Shown here: one piece after another, positions 1-9,802 of the stretch
Layout of the letters: the number at the start of each line of letters is the position of its first letter
Position numbering within the stretch: the stretch's first letter is position 1
Source of the DNA: Neophaeotheca triangularis
Taxonomy: Eukaryota
Direction of reading: 5' to 3'
Length of the DNA: 36,332 bases
Assembly: GCA_054600435.1 (NCBI GenBank)
Contig: BAAIJX010000105.1
Coordinates: 1-36,332 of the forward strand
Program-made: the position numbers and the translations under genes
The notes under the pieces: generated by a model
What the model was told of the DNA's origin: nothing
Databases searched by the model: none
The model's input: the letters and a program-made list of their open reading frames with translations, nothing else

Positions 1-272
1 AAAAGAAAAGAAAAGAAAAGAAAAGAAAAGAAAAGAAAAGAAAAGAAAAGAAAAGAAAAGAAAAGAAAAGAAAAGAAAAGAAAAGAAAAGAAAAGAAAAG
101 AAAAGAAAAGAAAAGAAAAGAAAAGAAAAGAAAAGAAAAGAAAAGAAAAGAAAAGAAAAGAAAAGAAAAGAAAAGAAAAGAAAAGAGGAGAAAAGACGAA
201 AAAGAACAAGAAAAGGAAAGGAGAGAAAAAGAAAAAGAAAAGAGGAGAGAAGAAGAAAAAGAACAAGAAAAA
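1..272. repeat. (AAAAG)n microsatellite decaying into a purine-rich tract
   Basis: Perfect AAAAG pentamers at 1-185, then degenerate A/G-rich sequence to ~272. The tract runs off the window edge. Confidence 0.97.
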
Positions 273-359
273 GACACGGCGCATTGTTATCGTTTTAGAG
301 AAAAAAAAAAGAAAAAAGGAAAAGGAAAAAGGAAAGAAAAGAAAATAACAAGAAAAATA

Positions 360-797
360 GGGGCCTAAAAAAGCAACCCCCAGTCAAGAGAGTAGTTAGA
401 TTAATCGAGAAAGTTCTCCCCAGCTCTAATTGCTTCGGACACATAAGAGGATATAAGGCTGAATAGCTAAGAATGTAAAGAATAAGAAGAAAAGAAAAGA
501 AAAGAATAAGAAAATAGGAAAAAAAAAAAGGAGGGGGCCAAAAAAGCAACCCCTAGTCAAGAGAGTAGTTAAATTAATTGAGAAAGTTTTCCCCAGCTCT
601 AATTACTTCAGACATATAGAGGATATAGGGCTGAATAGCTAAGAATTTAAAGGATGAAAAGAAAACAAAAGAAAAGAATAAGAAAATAGGAAAAAAAAAG
701 GAGGGGGCCAAAAGAAAATAAGAAAAGAAAAAAGGGGGGCCAAAAAAGCAACCCTTAGTCAAGAGAGTACTTAGATTAATCGAGAAAGTTTTCCCTA
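360..797. repeat. Tandem array of a ~115-bp unit (2 full copies + 1 truncated copy) separated by A/G-rich spacers, RIP-type mutated
   Basis: The unit GGGCC-AAAAAAGCAACCCYYAGTCAAGAGAGTAG...GAGAAAGTTYTCCCCAGCTCTAATT...GCTGAATAGCTAAGAAT starts at ~361, ~535 and ~737. The third copy stops at 797. Differences between copies are almost all C>T or G>A (cccca/cccta/cctta; ttgcttcgg/ttacttcag). Confidence 0.9.
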
Positions 798-1237
798 CTT
801 GATCCTTTTTATCCCTCTCATCTTTTCCATCCTCGGCTTTTCCATCTTCAACCTTTCCATTTTCAACCTTCCCACCCTCAGCCTTTCCATCCTCACCCTT
901 CCCACCCCTCCCCTCCCCATCTCCAGCCCCAGCCCCCTCACCCTCACCCTCATCCTCACCCACACCCCCACTCAAAAACCTATCATGCGCCCTAGCGACA
1001 ACACTCAACCAACTCCCGGGCTCAGGATGCCTAGCCCACTGATTATGAACATGATAAGTCCAAGCGCCGGCGAAGAAGAATTGCAAACTTCGATTACTGG
1101 GGGGAAAAGCGTCCGTGAGCGGGGAGTAAGGGGCTACCAGACCGGCGGTGGAGAGGAGATCTGTCGCGGTTTCGGGGGAGAGGGCGTCCGGGTTGGGAAG
1201 GGGTGAGGTGGGGATTTTGGGGGGGGTATGGCGGGGG

Positions 1238-1299
<62 letters not shown>

Positions 1300-2802
1300 A
1301 TTATTGTTGTTGTTGTTGGTGGCGGCTTGTGGTGGGTGTGTGCCGGAATACGACTCCCATTCGTGTTTTGTGGGTGTGTTTTTGAAAGCTTGCGTGTAGT
1401 CTTTGAGACAAGGTACCGTGCAAGCACCTTCACGGTCCCAGTTGAATTCCGTCCAGATTGGGTCAAAGGCCGCCGTCTCTAGCATTAGTAACTCTTGATC
1501 GCGGCCGTCTTTCCACGCCATGCGGCCGATGACTCGCGGGTGGAAGTTGAGACCCATGCGGACGCCGCCGCGGAGGAGGTACGAGGAGAGGGAGGAGTTT
1601 GCGCTTAGGGACATGATGGCCGTGTTGAAATCGCCCGGGTGAGCGTGTGCGGCCCAGCGTTCGGCAAAGGAGTGGTTTTGTGGGAGTAGTAGGGGTCGCA
1701 TGTCGCGTAACATGAGGACGTCCATGTCGAAGTAAACACCACCGTGGAGGTGAAGGATGACAAAGCGGACGGCGTCGCTGATGGCTTGCGCGAAGAAGGT
1801 CATTTGGGTTTCGGCGAGTTGGATGTATTGTTGACCGGAGAGGTCTTCGATGATGCCGTCGGCGATGGCGCGTTCGCCTTTGGAGTTGTAGGCGCCCGGG
1901 GTGGGGTAGTAGCCCAGGCCATCTGTATGGTCGTAGCCGGAGGGGAGGGGCATGCGGCGGGGGAATTTCCAGGCTTTGAGGGTGATGTCGCCGCGGTCGA
2001 CTAGAGGGAGGAAGCGCGCGAAGAGGGGGTCGGTGTGGAGGAACTTATGGACAGCCAGCTCGTCGTGGTCGGCGTCGAGCCAGAGAAAGAGGCGGGAACA
2101 GGGGAGGTTTTGGGTGTGGAGGTAGGCTTTGATGAAGACTTCGACACGCCAGGTTGCTGGGCCGGACCAGTAGACGTGGTAGGGGATGATTGGGCCGGCG
2201 CATTGACCGGGAGAGTCCTCGTTGGGTGCTTTTTGCGGAGGGTAGAGTGAGAGGGTATTGTCATGGCCGTCTGCGTTTGCGTATTCTGCTTTGCGAGGAT
2301 CCTGCTCGCTTGCCCGGTTCTGTTTATGGGGTATACGGTAGTATCTGTCCTCCTTTTGCGCCAAAAACTCCAAACAAGCAGAGACGTCCCTCATCTTCTC
2401 CAAGCCATGATATGAGCCTCTACATTCCTCCACCAACATGTTCAAGTCGGCCTCGGTATCGACATGCGGCCTCTCGCCAAGGTAGGCATCATTAATGACG
2501 ACGGTCGACTCGGGTCTGTTGAAAGCATTTGCGTGTGGGTTGATGGTGACAGTCTTGCTCGAACCCGGTAGTTGTATTTTGACATTTCCATCTTTGAGCG
2601 GTTCGACGCGATTGCCATGGTTTAGCGATTTTGCCAAGCGGATTGGCAGACGTGCCAAAGCCTTTGCTCGGGCGTCGGGGGAGTGAGCGAGTTCAATGGT
2701 GAAGTAGAGGCATCCATATAGAAGAAGGGCGAGCGCGAGGTTACGAAGAAGAAGGATCAACGACGACTGCGCGCGACCAGCAGCCCGGAGGGGCATTATC
2801 AT
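574..2802 (-). CDS. Glycosyltransferase family 32-like (DXD sugar-binding) type II membrane protein; the last ~74 codons (574-797) are repeat-derived
   Basis: 742-aa ORF with an N-terminal TM helix (LLLRNLALALLLYGCLYFTI), YHVYW, and the GT32 signature SDAVRFVILHLHGGVYFDMD (DXD). It has a poly-Asn insert and a low-complexity tail. The 3' end is uncertain because the ORF runs into the repeat array. Confidence 0.82.
825..899 (-). repeat. Coding 15-bp minisatellite (5 units) encoding (GK[A/V/G]E[D/N/G])n
   Basis: Consecutive units ttccatcctcggctt, ttccatcttcaacct, ttccattttcaacct, tcccaccctcagcct, ttccatcctcaccct. Confidence 0.8.
1237..1317 (-). repeat. (AAC)n trinucleotide repeat encoding a poly-Asn tract in the glycosyltransferase
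   Basis: (GTT)n on the + strand, in frame as a run of N in the 574..2802 ORF. Confidence 0.95.
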
Positions 2803-3326
2803 AGATTAGAGCTATCACCTCAGTAGTATGGGGGGGGGGGACTCGATAGTGGGGTTGGGGGTGTGCCAGCCAGCCAACCAGGCAGCCAGCCAGCCAGGCA
2901 GGTGTGGAGTTGGAGCTGGAGCGGGAAAAATAGAGTCCAGGACGGCTCGAAGCCAAAGGCCCAGCTGTACCTTGACCTGTCGCTCGCTGGCTGTTTGGCG
3001 AGTCGTGGGCTGACGATAAACGAACGGACGGGAAGACTGGAAAAGGTCGAGTCAATAATAGGTAATGGGAGAGAGAGTGAAGAGATTGTAATTCGGACGA
3101 GATGATAAACAGCAATTGCCGTCAGAGAGATGCGTGCGTGGGACAAGTGGGCGGTACCTGGTAATAACCGGGGTTGGGTGGTTTGGTTTGGTTTGGTTTG
3201 AATCAAGCCAACGTCTCGTATTGGCAATTGAGGGTTACGCGTCGTTGGATTTCTCAAGTCGGCTGATTTTATTTATTAGTCTGCTCGACAGAAGAGGGTC
3301 TGAAGAGTGAGGTACCTAGTCGAGAT

Positions 3327-3372
3327 AGTGTAGTGTAGTGTAGTGTAGTGGAGTGGAGTGTAGTGGAGTGTA
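3327..3372. repeat. (GTGTA/GTGGA)n pentamer microsatellite
   Basis: Directly visible in the intergenic region. Confidence 0.85.
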
Positions 3373-4074
3373 TTCGTGGCCGGAGACGACTGTGTAAGGG
3401 GGAGGAGAAAGCTGAGGTGTTGGTGAGGCTGTGTTGTTTCAGCCGCGAGAAGCACAACAAGAAGGGGGGACTAAAACTTGGATGGTGGGGGATGTAGAAG
3501 TAGTAGGGTGTGTAATAATAAGTAGGTAAAGACAGAGAAAAGAGGTACAGTAGTAAGGAGGGTACGGTATGATAGATTAAAACGGCAGCCTAGAAGTCGA
3601 AGGATCAAATAGCTGGGCAGGGCTACTGGCCATGTTCTGTACGTGTATCACCTTTAGGAGGAGTTAGAACGTGATGAGTGGAAGCGCATAGGTATAAGTA
3701 GTAAATACGTCTAGTAGTAGTGATTTGGTAGGTACTGTATGCGATAGAATAATTACCCCCCTCTTCTCCTCTCCATGGCGTTCTTGGGGGAATTTGTCTA
3801 AGCTGAGCTATCTTGCTTGGGTACTCCACCAAAGCCATCAAAACAATCTTAATGGAAGCCAGCTCATGTATGATCATAACCCTTCCTATCTCTTGTCATT
3901 GGTCCGGAGAAATAGCTTTCGCCTAATTTCGGGACAAAGTGGACACGAGACCATGTGGGATGTGGCTGTGGCTGTGATGACCTGTGAGGAAGACCCTTTT
4001 CCAGCCACAACGGTCTGTCAACCTAAGCCATTGACTTTCGGAGATTCGGCCAGTTGACGCGGCTACTCTTGACT

Positions 4075-4162
4075 ACTCACACTCACACTCAACTCATACT
4101 CATACTCATACTCATACTCATACTCATCATACTCACAGGCTACAGGCTACAGGCTACAGGCT
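4075..4162. repeat. (CACACT/CATACT)n hexamer run followed by (ACAGGCT)n heptamer run
   Basis: Directly visible just upstream of the ATG at 4229. Confidence 0.8.
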
Positions 4163-4228
4163 CACTCATCCAACTTTACCGACCGCTCTAGAGCACAACA
4201 CTACTACACTACATTCCACTGTCTACAC

Positions 4229-5839
4229 ATGCGACAATGCGGCACGCGCTACTCACGTCCCGCCCTACTGCCCCTTTTCCGCTGCCGCTTGCAAGTCCTT
4301 CCTATCTTCACCATTCCCAATATCAGACACTTTGCTTCCAATGCCGCTGCAGCTGCAACTGAAACGGTGACGGTGCCTTGTCAGTCTAATGGGAGCATTA
4401 CTTTGGAGTGAGTTTTTCTGTTTCTTTTTCTTTTCTTCTCTTCCGTCTCGATGGCGTACCCATTTGATACCTTGTTTGTGGCGTCCATTAGGCGGTAGGT
4501 AGGTTTGTGCTCGAGGCTGCCACTTATCTGCCTCGGGGATTCGTGGGAGATTTCCTGCCTGCGTATGTACATCACATTTATAGTACGGCCGCAACTATTA
4601 CAAAACAACCAAGCTTCTACCAAGCCACAGCAACCCTCCTAGCACTGTACTACTACTCCCCGCACACAACATCACCCCAACTAACACCACCAAACCCCCA
4701 GCATCTACCATCCCCTCCTCCCCCCCATACCATCCCCCACGCACCCACCATCCCTAATCCTCCACCTCCCCCGCGGCCCCCTCCTCCCCTCTACAACCGC
4801 CAACACCGCAACCCTCCAAACCCTACGCGCCACCACCCCCTACCCAATAATCAGCATAAACTACCGGCCCCCCTCCCGCACAAACCCCTACCCCACCCCC
4901 ATCCACGACGTCCTAACCGCCTACGACTGGACAACAACGCACCTCCTACCGCCTCCAAACCCCAGGAACTCCCAACCCCGCCCGCGCATCGCCGTAGTCG
5001 GCGAACTCCTAGGCGGCAGCCTAGCAACCATGCTCGCGCTGACGGAATGCCGCACCAGCGACCGCGCAACCGTCGCCGCCTGCGCCACTAGCAACGCCCT
5101 GCTCGACTGGGTAGGGCTGGAAACCGCGTCTCCGCAACAACAAGCCCCCCGTCACAAGAAGAATGGTGGTGGAGCAGTGCTAACCCCGCTGTTGCGGCAG
5201 GCTCTCGCTTTGCGGGCCGTCGCTTTTCGCAGGCCGGCGGATTATTTCGATGCTTTCGCTAGTCCGGTTTTGTTCTTTCGCACGCCGGGGGTCGAGACGC
5301 CGGGGCCGGGGGTTGGCGGGACTGCCGATGGTGGTGGTGGTGGTGGTGGGGAATGGGAGGAGCTGGCGAGGTTGGGGAGGGAGGACTTTTTTCGCGAGCA
5401 AGTTTGTTTGAGCGCCGTGGGCTCTTCTTCTTCGCCGCCGCTTTTGTCGTCGGAGGTTGCGGACGGGAGTGGTGCTGCGGCTTCTGGGGCCGTCAAGCGC
5501 AAGGCGAGCCTTGTTTTTCCTGGACGGCTTTCTGGGCTGAGGTTGGGGGCTTTTCGCTCCGATGTTGGTGGGCTTTCGGGGTTGGTGGGGCAGGCCGAGG
5601 AGTTTGCTAGGGTTTTGAGGAGGAGTTTTGTTAGGGTTTTGGAGCCGGGGGAGAGGGTTGTTGGGGAGGAGGAGGGGAAGGAGAGGGAAGCGAGAGAGGC
5701 GGTGGAGAGGGAGGCGGAGGAGAGGGCGGTTTTGAGGGTGTTGGATGGCGGGGATGGGGGGTTGTGGGATGGGAGTGATGCGGGGAGGAGGAGGGTTAGG
5801 GAGGTCGGGGAGTGGGTTACTCGGGTTTTGGGGGGGTGA
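4229..5839 (+). CDS. Alpha/beta hydrolase fold-3 (HSL-like) protein, probably mitochondrial, lacking the catalytic Ser
   Basis: join(4229..4407,4702..5839). The intron has donor GTGAGT, branch CTAAC at 4681 and acceptor CAG at 4701, and it puts exon 1 in frame with ORF 5030..5839. The spliced product contains LILHLPRGP, IISINYR...YPTPIHDVLTAYDW and IAVVGELLGGSLATMLALTE. The Arg-rich, acid-free N-terminus resembles a mitochondrial presequence. Confidence 0.8.
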
Positions 5840-6593
5840 GGGGAGAGAGTTGCGAGGTGTTTTGAGTGTAAGTTGCTTGATTGGGGTTTTGTCGATCTGG
5901 CCCTCCACTGCGATGTTGTCATTGCCTTGCGACTACTTCTTCCCTTTCCCTCGAGCCCGCGCAAGCCCCAAAGACCTGGAATGAAAGCTTTCGCCGTCTT
6001 TTCACGTACGCGCGGTACACCAACGGCCTTGCACCAGACACGACTCCAAATGGCATTCCGACATTTGCCATGCACCAGACGTCGATCGTTCGATAACCCA
6101 ACTAGAGTATGGCACCTGCCTCTGCATCTGCATCCCTCTTGCAAAGTCCAGAAAGCGGAGGTAAATGGACACCCACGGAGAAAAATCCGCTCGCTCAGCG
6201 CTCATATGTCTCGGAATTGACATTTGACATCCCAGCAGCCAATCATCCTTCGACAAAGCACTCCAACGAAAGCTCAAAGTGAACCAGACCGGGTGAAAAG
6301 GAACTCACGACACGCATGCCTGAATCGACAGAGTTCACCACTGCCGACTTGGAATAGATAGGGGTAAAGCTGGAAGATGCCCTGGCGAATCGAGAGCCGC
6401 GGCGTAAGTACCTTGTCGTCCGTTGCGAGTGGAGGCTTTCCGCACGGCGGAATTGTCTCCGCGCTACCGCTGGGTTTTGTCTTGTGGGGTGGTGGGGAAG
6501 AACGCGGGGCAGGGCGTGACGGCAAAAGGTACCTACCAGGTACCTCGAGGTAATGTGACTTCAGCTGCTCATGGGAAGACCGGCGGACTAAAG

Positions 6594-6602
6594 GTATATA
6601 AA
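6594..6602 (+). promoter_or_regulatory. Candidate TATA box for the dioxygenase gene
   Basis: TATATAAA ~265 bp upstream of ATG 6864. A second TATATAA lies at ~6714. Confidence 0.4.
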
Positions 6603-6863
6603 GCCGGGAGGGAAGGCTTGGTCGTTGATTCCGTGTCTCTTGCGAGAGTATACTAATCGTACTGACTAGCCGGTCCGAAAGTTAGGACTGCTGCTGTTAC
6701 TCTCATCTTGTCATATATAACTATTACGTCTCCTACATCCACTACATTCATTACATCCACTACATCCACCACATCTGATTTGAACTCACCACAATCTAGC
6801 CACTCCTCCCCCTCAAGCCTCACACAATCCCTCACCACCACCACCACCACCACCACCACCACA

Positions 6864-8017
6864 ATGCCTCACGCAGAATCCTACACCGAATTCACACCGG
6901 AAAGCTACCCAGCCTTCCCCGATGGTTTCGAAACAGTCGAACTCGAAACCATCTCCCTAAACGCTCTCCATTCCGGTGACAAAGCAACCCACGACCGCGT
7001 CTTTCAAGCTTGCAAGACTCGGGGTTTCTTCTACCTAGACCTCACCGACCATCCAACCGGCCAAACGATCCGCGAAGGCGCAGACGAGATGGCGCGCTTG
7101 GCCGAACGCACCTTCAAACTCCCCGCGGAGGAGAAGCAAAAGTACGCACCGACGCAAAAATCGCTCTTCGGCTATAAAGCCGTGGGCGCAACAGTTACAG
7201 ACAAAGACGGCACGAGGGACACTGCCGAATTCTTCAACGTACGACACGCCGTCTCCTCCCACAAGAACCTACGTCAGACGTTCCCGTCACTGACAGAACC
7301 CCCCTTTAGATCGGCAAAAATGACATGCTCTCCGCTGACGACAACATGTCCCGCTCCTGGCCCTCGACAGTCATGACCTCCAAACCGGCCCTGGCAACCT
7401 ACATGACCGCCGCACACAGCACGGGTCTCCTCATCCTCGGCATCCTGGCCGAAGCACTCGGCGTCGCGGCCTCGGAAATGCACTCCCGCCACCGCATCCA
7501 CGAACCCTCGGGCGACCACGTCCGCATGACGCGCGGCCCGCCTCGCAACCAGCTCGAGCTGCCGGAGATCCAAACCCCCTCGCACACCGACTTCGGCACC
7601 ATCACGCTCCTGATGAACTGGCTGGGCGGCTTGCAAGTCTGGAGCGACTCTTCGCGTTCCGCCGGCCCGCTCGAACCCGACACGCCCGGCCACTGGCTCT
7701 GGGTGCGTCCGCGCCTGGGCTGCGCGATTGTGAACCTGGGCGATGCCGCCGTGCGCTTCACCAACGGCGTGTTGTGTTCGGGACGGCATCGGGTTGTGCC
7801 CGCGCCCGGGGAGCAGGGGCTGTGGCCGAGGTTTTCGGTCGTTTATTTCGTGAGGCCCGAGGATGAGTGTGTGCTTGAGCAGTTGAGGGGGAGGGGGATT
7901 CCCGATGGCGCTGGGGATGGGGAGGCTGTCAAGGCCAAGGAGTGGATTTACCGGCAAGCTAGGGGGTTGGGGACGAGGAATTGGGGGGATGAGAAGGAGA
8001 AGGGGGAGGGCAAGTGA
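6864..8017 (+). CDS. 2-oxoglutarate/Fe(II)-dependent dioxygenase (DIOX_N + 2OG-FeII_Oxy; IPNS/GA-oxidase-like superfamily)
   Basis: join(6864..7238,7310..8017). Intron GTACGA...CTGAC...TAG. Motifs: ACKTRGFFYL (DIOX_N), HTD (HxD), distal H in GRHRVV, and RFS (RxS, 2OG binding). Confidence 0.92.
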
Positions 8018-8472
8018 GGGGAGGTGGGTTGTAGTGGTTTCAAGGGAAAGGAGCGGGTTTCGTTTTTTTAAGAAGCAGAGAGGGGTGCGAACTTGAGCGC
8101 TATAGGAGGGAGGTCCATATCATTGTTTCCTAACGCGACATTCCGAGGCGTCTCATTTCCCACCGTGCTTCCACCGTCGCGGCGTTGGAACTCAACACAC
8201 AACCTTGCTCTAGAGCAAGACAAACCCCTCCTTCCCTCCGCGTCGAGTAACGCCCTCAAACCCCTAACTCCGTCCAATAGGATAACGTATAGCCAAACAG
8301 CAAGTTCAACCTACCTACCTACCCGATATACGTCTCCCCTTGTTATTATATAGTACAACCCACGAAAAAACAGAGGCGTCGGGAACATAAGTGATGGAGT
8401 AAACGAGTCCACTAGATCCGGGAGCGCCTAGGTAGTTACCTTGGTTACGAGAGGCAATTGCATTATTGTCTC

Positions 8473-8930
8473 TAGAGCAGCCAGAGTAGAATAGAGTAGG
8501 ATAGAGTAGGGTAGAGTAGGGTAGAGTAGGATAGAGTAGAATAGAGTAGGTTGAGTAGGATAGAGTAGGATAGAGTAGGATAGAGTAGGATAGAGTAGGA
8601 TAGAGTAGGATAGAGTAGGATAGAGTAGGATAGAGTAGGATAGAGCCGAGTAGAGCAGTCAGAGTAGGATAGAGTAGTTAGAGTAGGATAGAGCCGAATA
8701 GAGCAGCCAGGGCCGAACAGAGCAAAATAAAGCAGTCAGAGTAGGATAGAGCAGAATAGAGCAGCTAGGGCCGAACAGAGCAAAATAAAGCAGTCAGAGT
8801 AGGATAGAGCAGAATAGAGCAGCCAGAGTAGGATAGAGCAAAACAGAGCAGTCAGAGTAGGATAGAGCAGAATAGAGCAGCTAGGGCCGAACAGAGCAAA
8901 ACAGAGCAGAATAGAGTAGAGTAGAGCAAA
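8473..8930. repeat. Compound satellite: (TAGAGTAGGA)n decamers grading into a 29/58-bp higher-order repeat
   Basis: Pure TAGAGTAGGA units at ~8561-8640. GGGCCGAACAGAGCAAAA recurs at 8710, 8768 and 8884 (spacings 58 and 116). Confidence 0.9.
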
Positions 8931-9802
8931 GCACACTAGAAGCCCGCCCCCCGGACACGCGCTCATCCAATCCCTCGACATGAAGAAGACAGGGCCTATC
9001 CGCCCCTATATCACCATCGCCATCACGGCTATAGCCATCCGTCAGCCGTCATCACCAAGACTGCTAAACCCCGGGCCCCGCGAGTTGAGAAAGCCAAACC
9101 AACGTGGTCTAACCAACCTAACTAACTTAACCAACCTAGCCAACTAGCCTCACCTTCCGCGCTCCCCTTGCCTAGCAGCTAGGAGCGCGAACCGAGACTA
9201 ACGGCAAAGAAGAAAGGAAGATCTAGAAACTAGGTAGGTAGGTAGGTAGCTAGGTAGGTGGGTGGGGAGGTAGGTAGGGAGGAAGCTACGGAAGGAAGAG
9301 AAACCAGCACGGTCGGGTCCTATAGGTCTCACAAGCAGGCAGGCAGGCAGGCATCTAGCGCAACTCCGATGACAATGGGCTACTGCTTGCTTTACCTACC
9401 CTTAGCTGCCAGAACTTCTGCCGAAAAAAAAAAAAAACAGCTTCCGTCTTGCTCGCTTCTTTTCTGGAGGAAGCTGGCTCGTCGCTAGCCTTGCGCTCTC
9501 GGAGACAAGAGTTCGATTGTAGGGGAAGTTATCAAGACAGATCCGTTTGGTACCTCTTGCCGACCTGAGCTTCTCCGAGCCAAAAACACCCTCCCGCTCC
9601 CACTCCAAAACTAAAATCTCAACTCTTCCACTGGCCTTCTACTATTCGCCCGCACGCAAATCTCCGCGCCCCCGCCTGGCCCTTTCCAGTCATACCCTTT
9701 CCGCTTGACTAACCCCATCCCCGTCCCCGGCGTCACCCTTCCCTCTCCTAGCTAATTCTGTCCAATCACTGTGAGTATACCCCAAAAGGCCGAAACCTAA
9801 AA

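Noticed and set aside
295..549. 84-aa hydrophobic ORF on the minus strand
   Set aside because: It is a translation of the repeat unit and T-rich spacer, with no ATG start or family motif.
360..797. Repeat-spacer layout resembling a CRISPR array, or 5S rRNA/tRNA/snRNA copies
   Set aside because: The context is eukaryotic, the units are far too long, the spacers are low-complexity and there are no cas genes. No convincing 5S, tRNA A/B-box or snRNA match was found by eye.
1134..1482. Poly-T/L/C/V ORFs
   Set aside because: They are alternative frames of the (AAC)n repeat inside the glycosyltransferase.
4507..6144. Long Pro-rich ORFs (4507..5091 +, 5180..5908 -, 5242..6144 -)
   Set aside because: They are shadow frames caused by the extreme C/G skew of the hydrolase gene, whose real frame carries the family motifs.
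6708..6863. Thr/Ser-rich N-terminal extension of the dioxygenase ORF
   Set aside because: It has a non-ATG start and contains an (ACC)n leader repeat. The first ATG in good context is at 6864.
8736..8981. 81-aa LLCSILL-repeat ORF
   Set aside because: It is a translation of the satellite.
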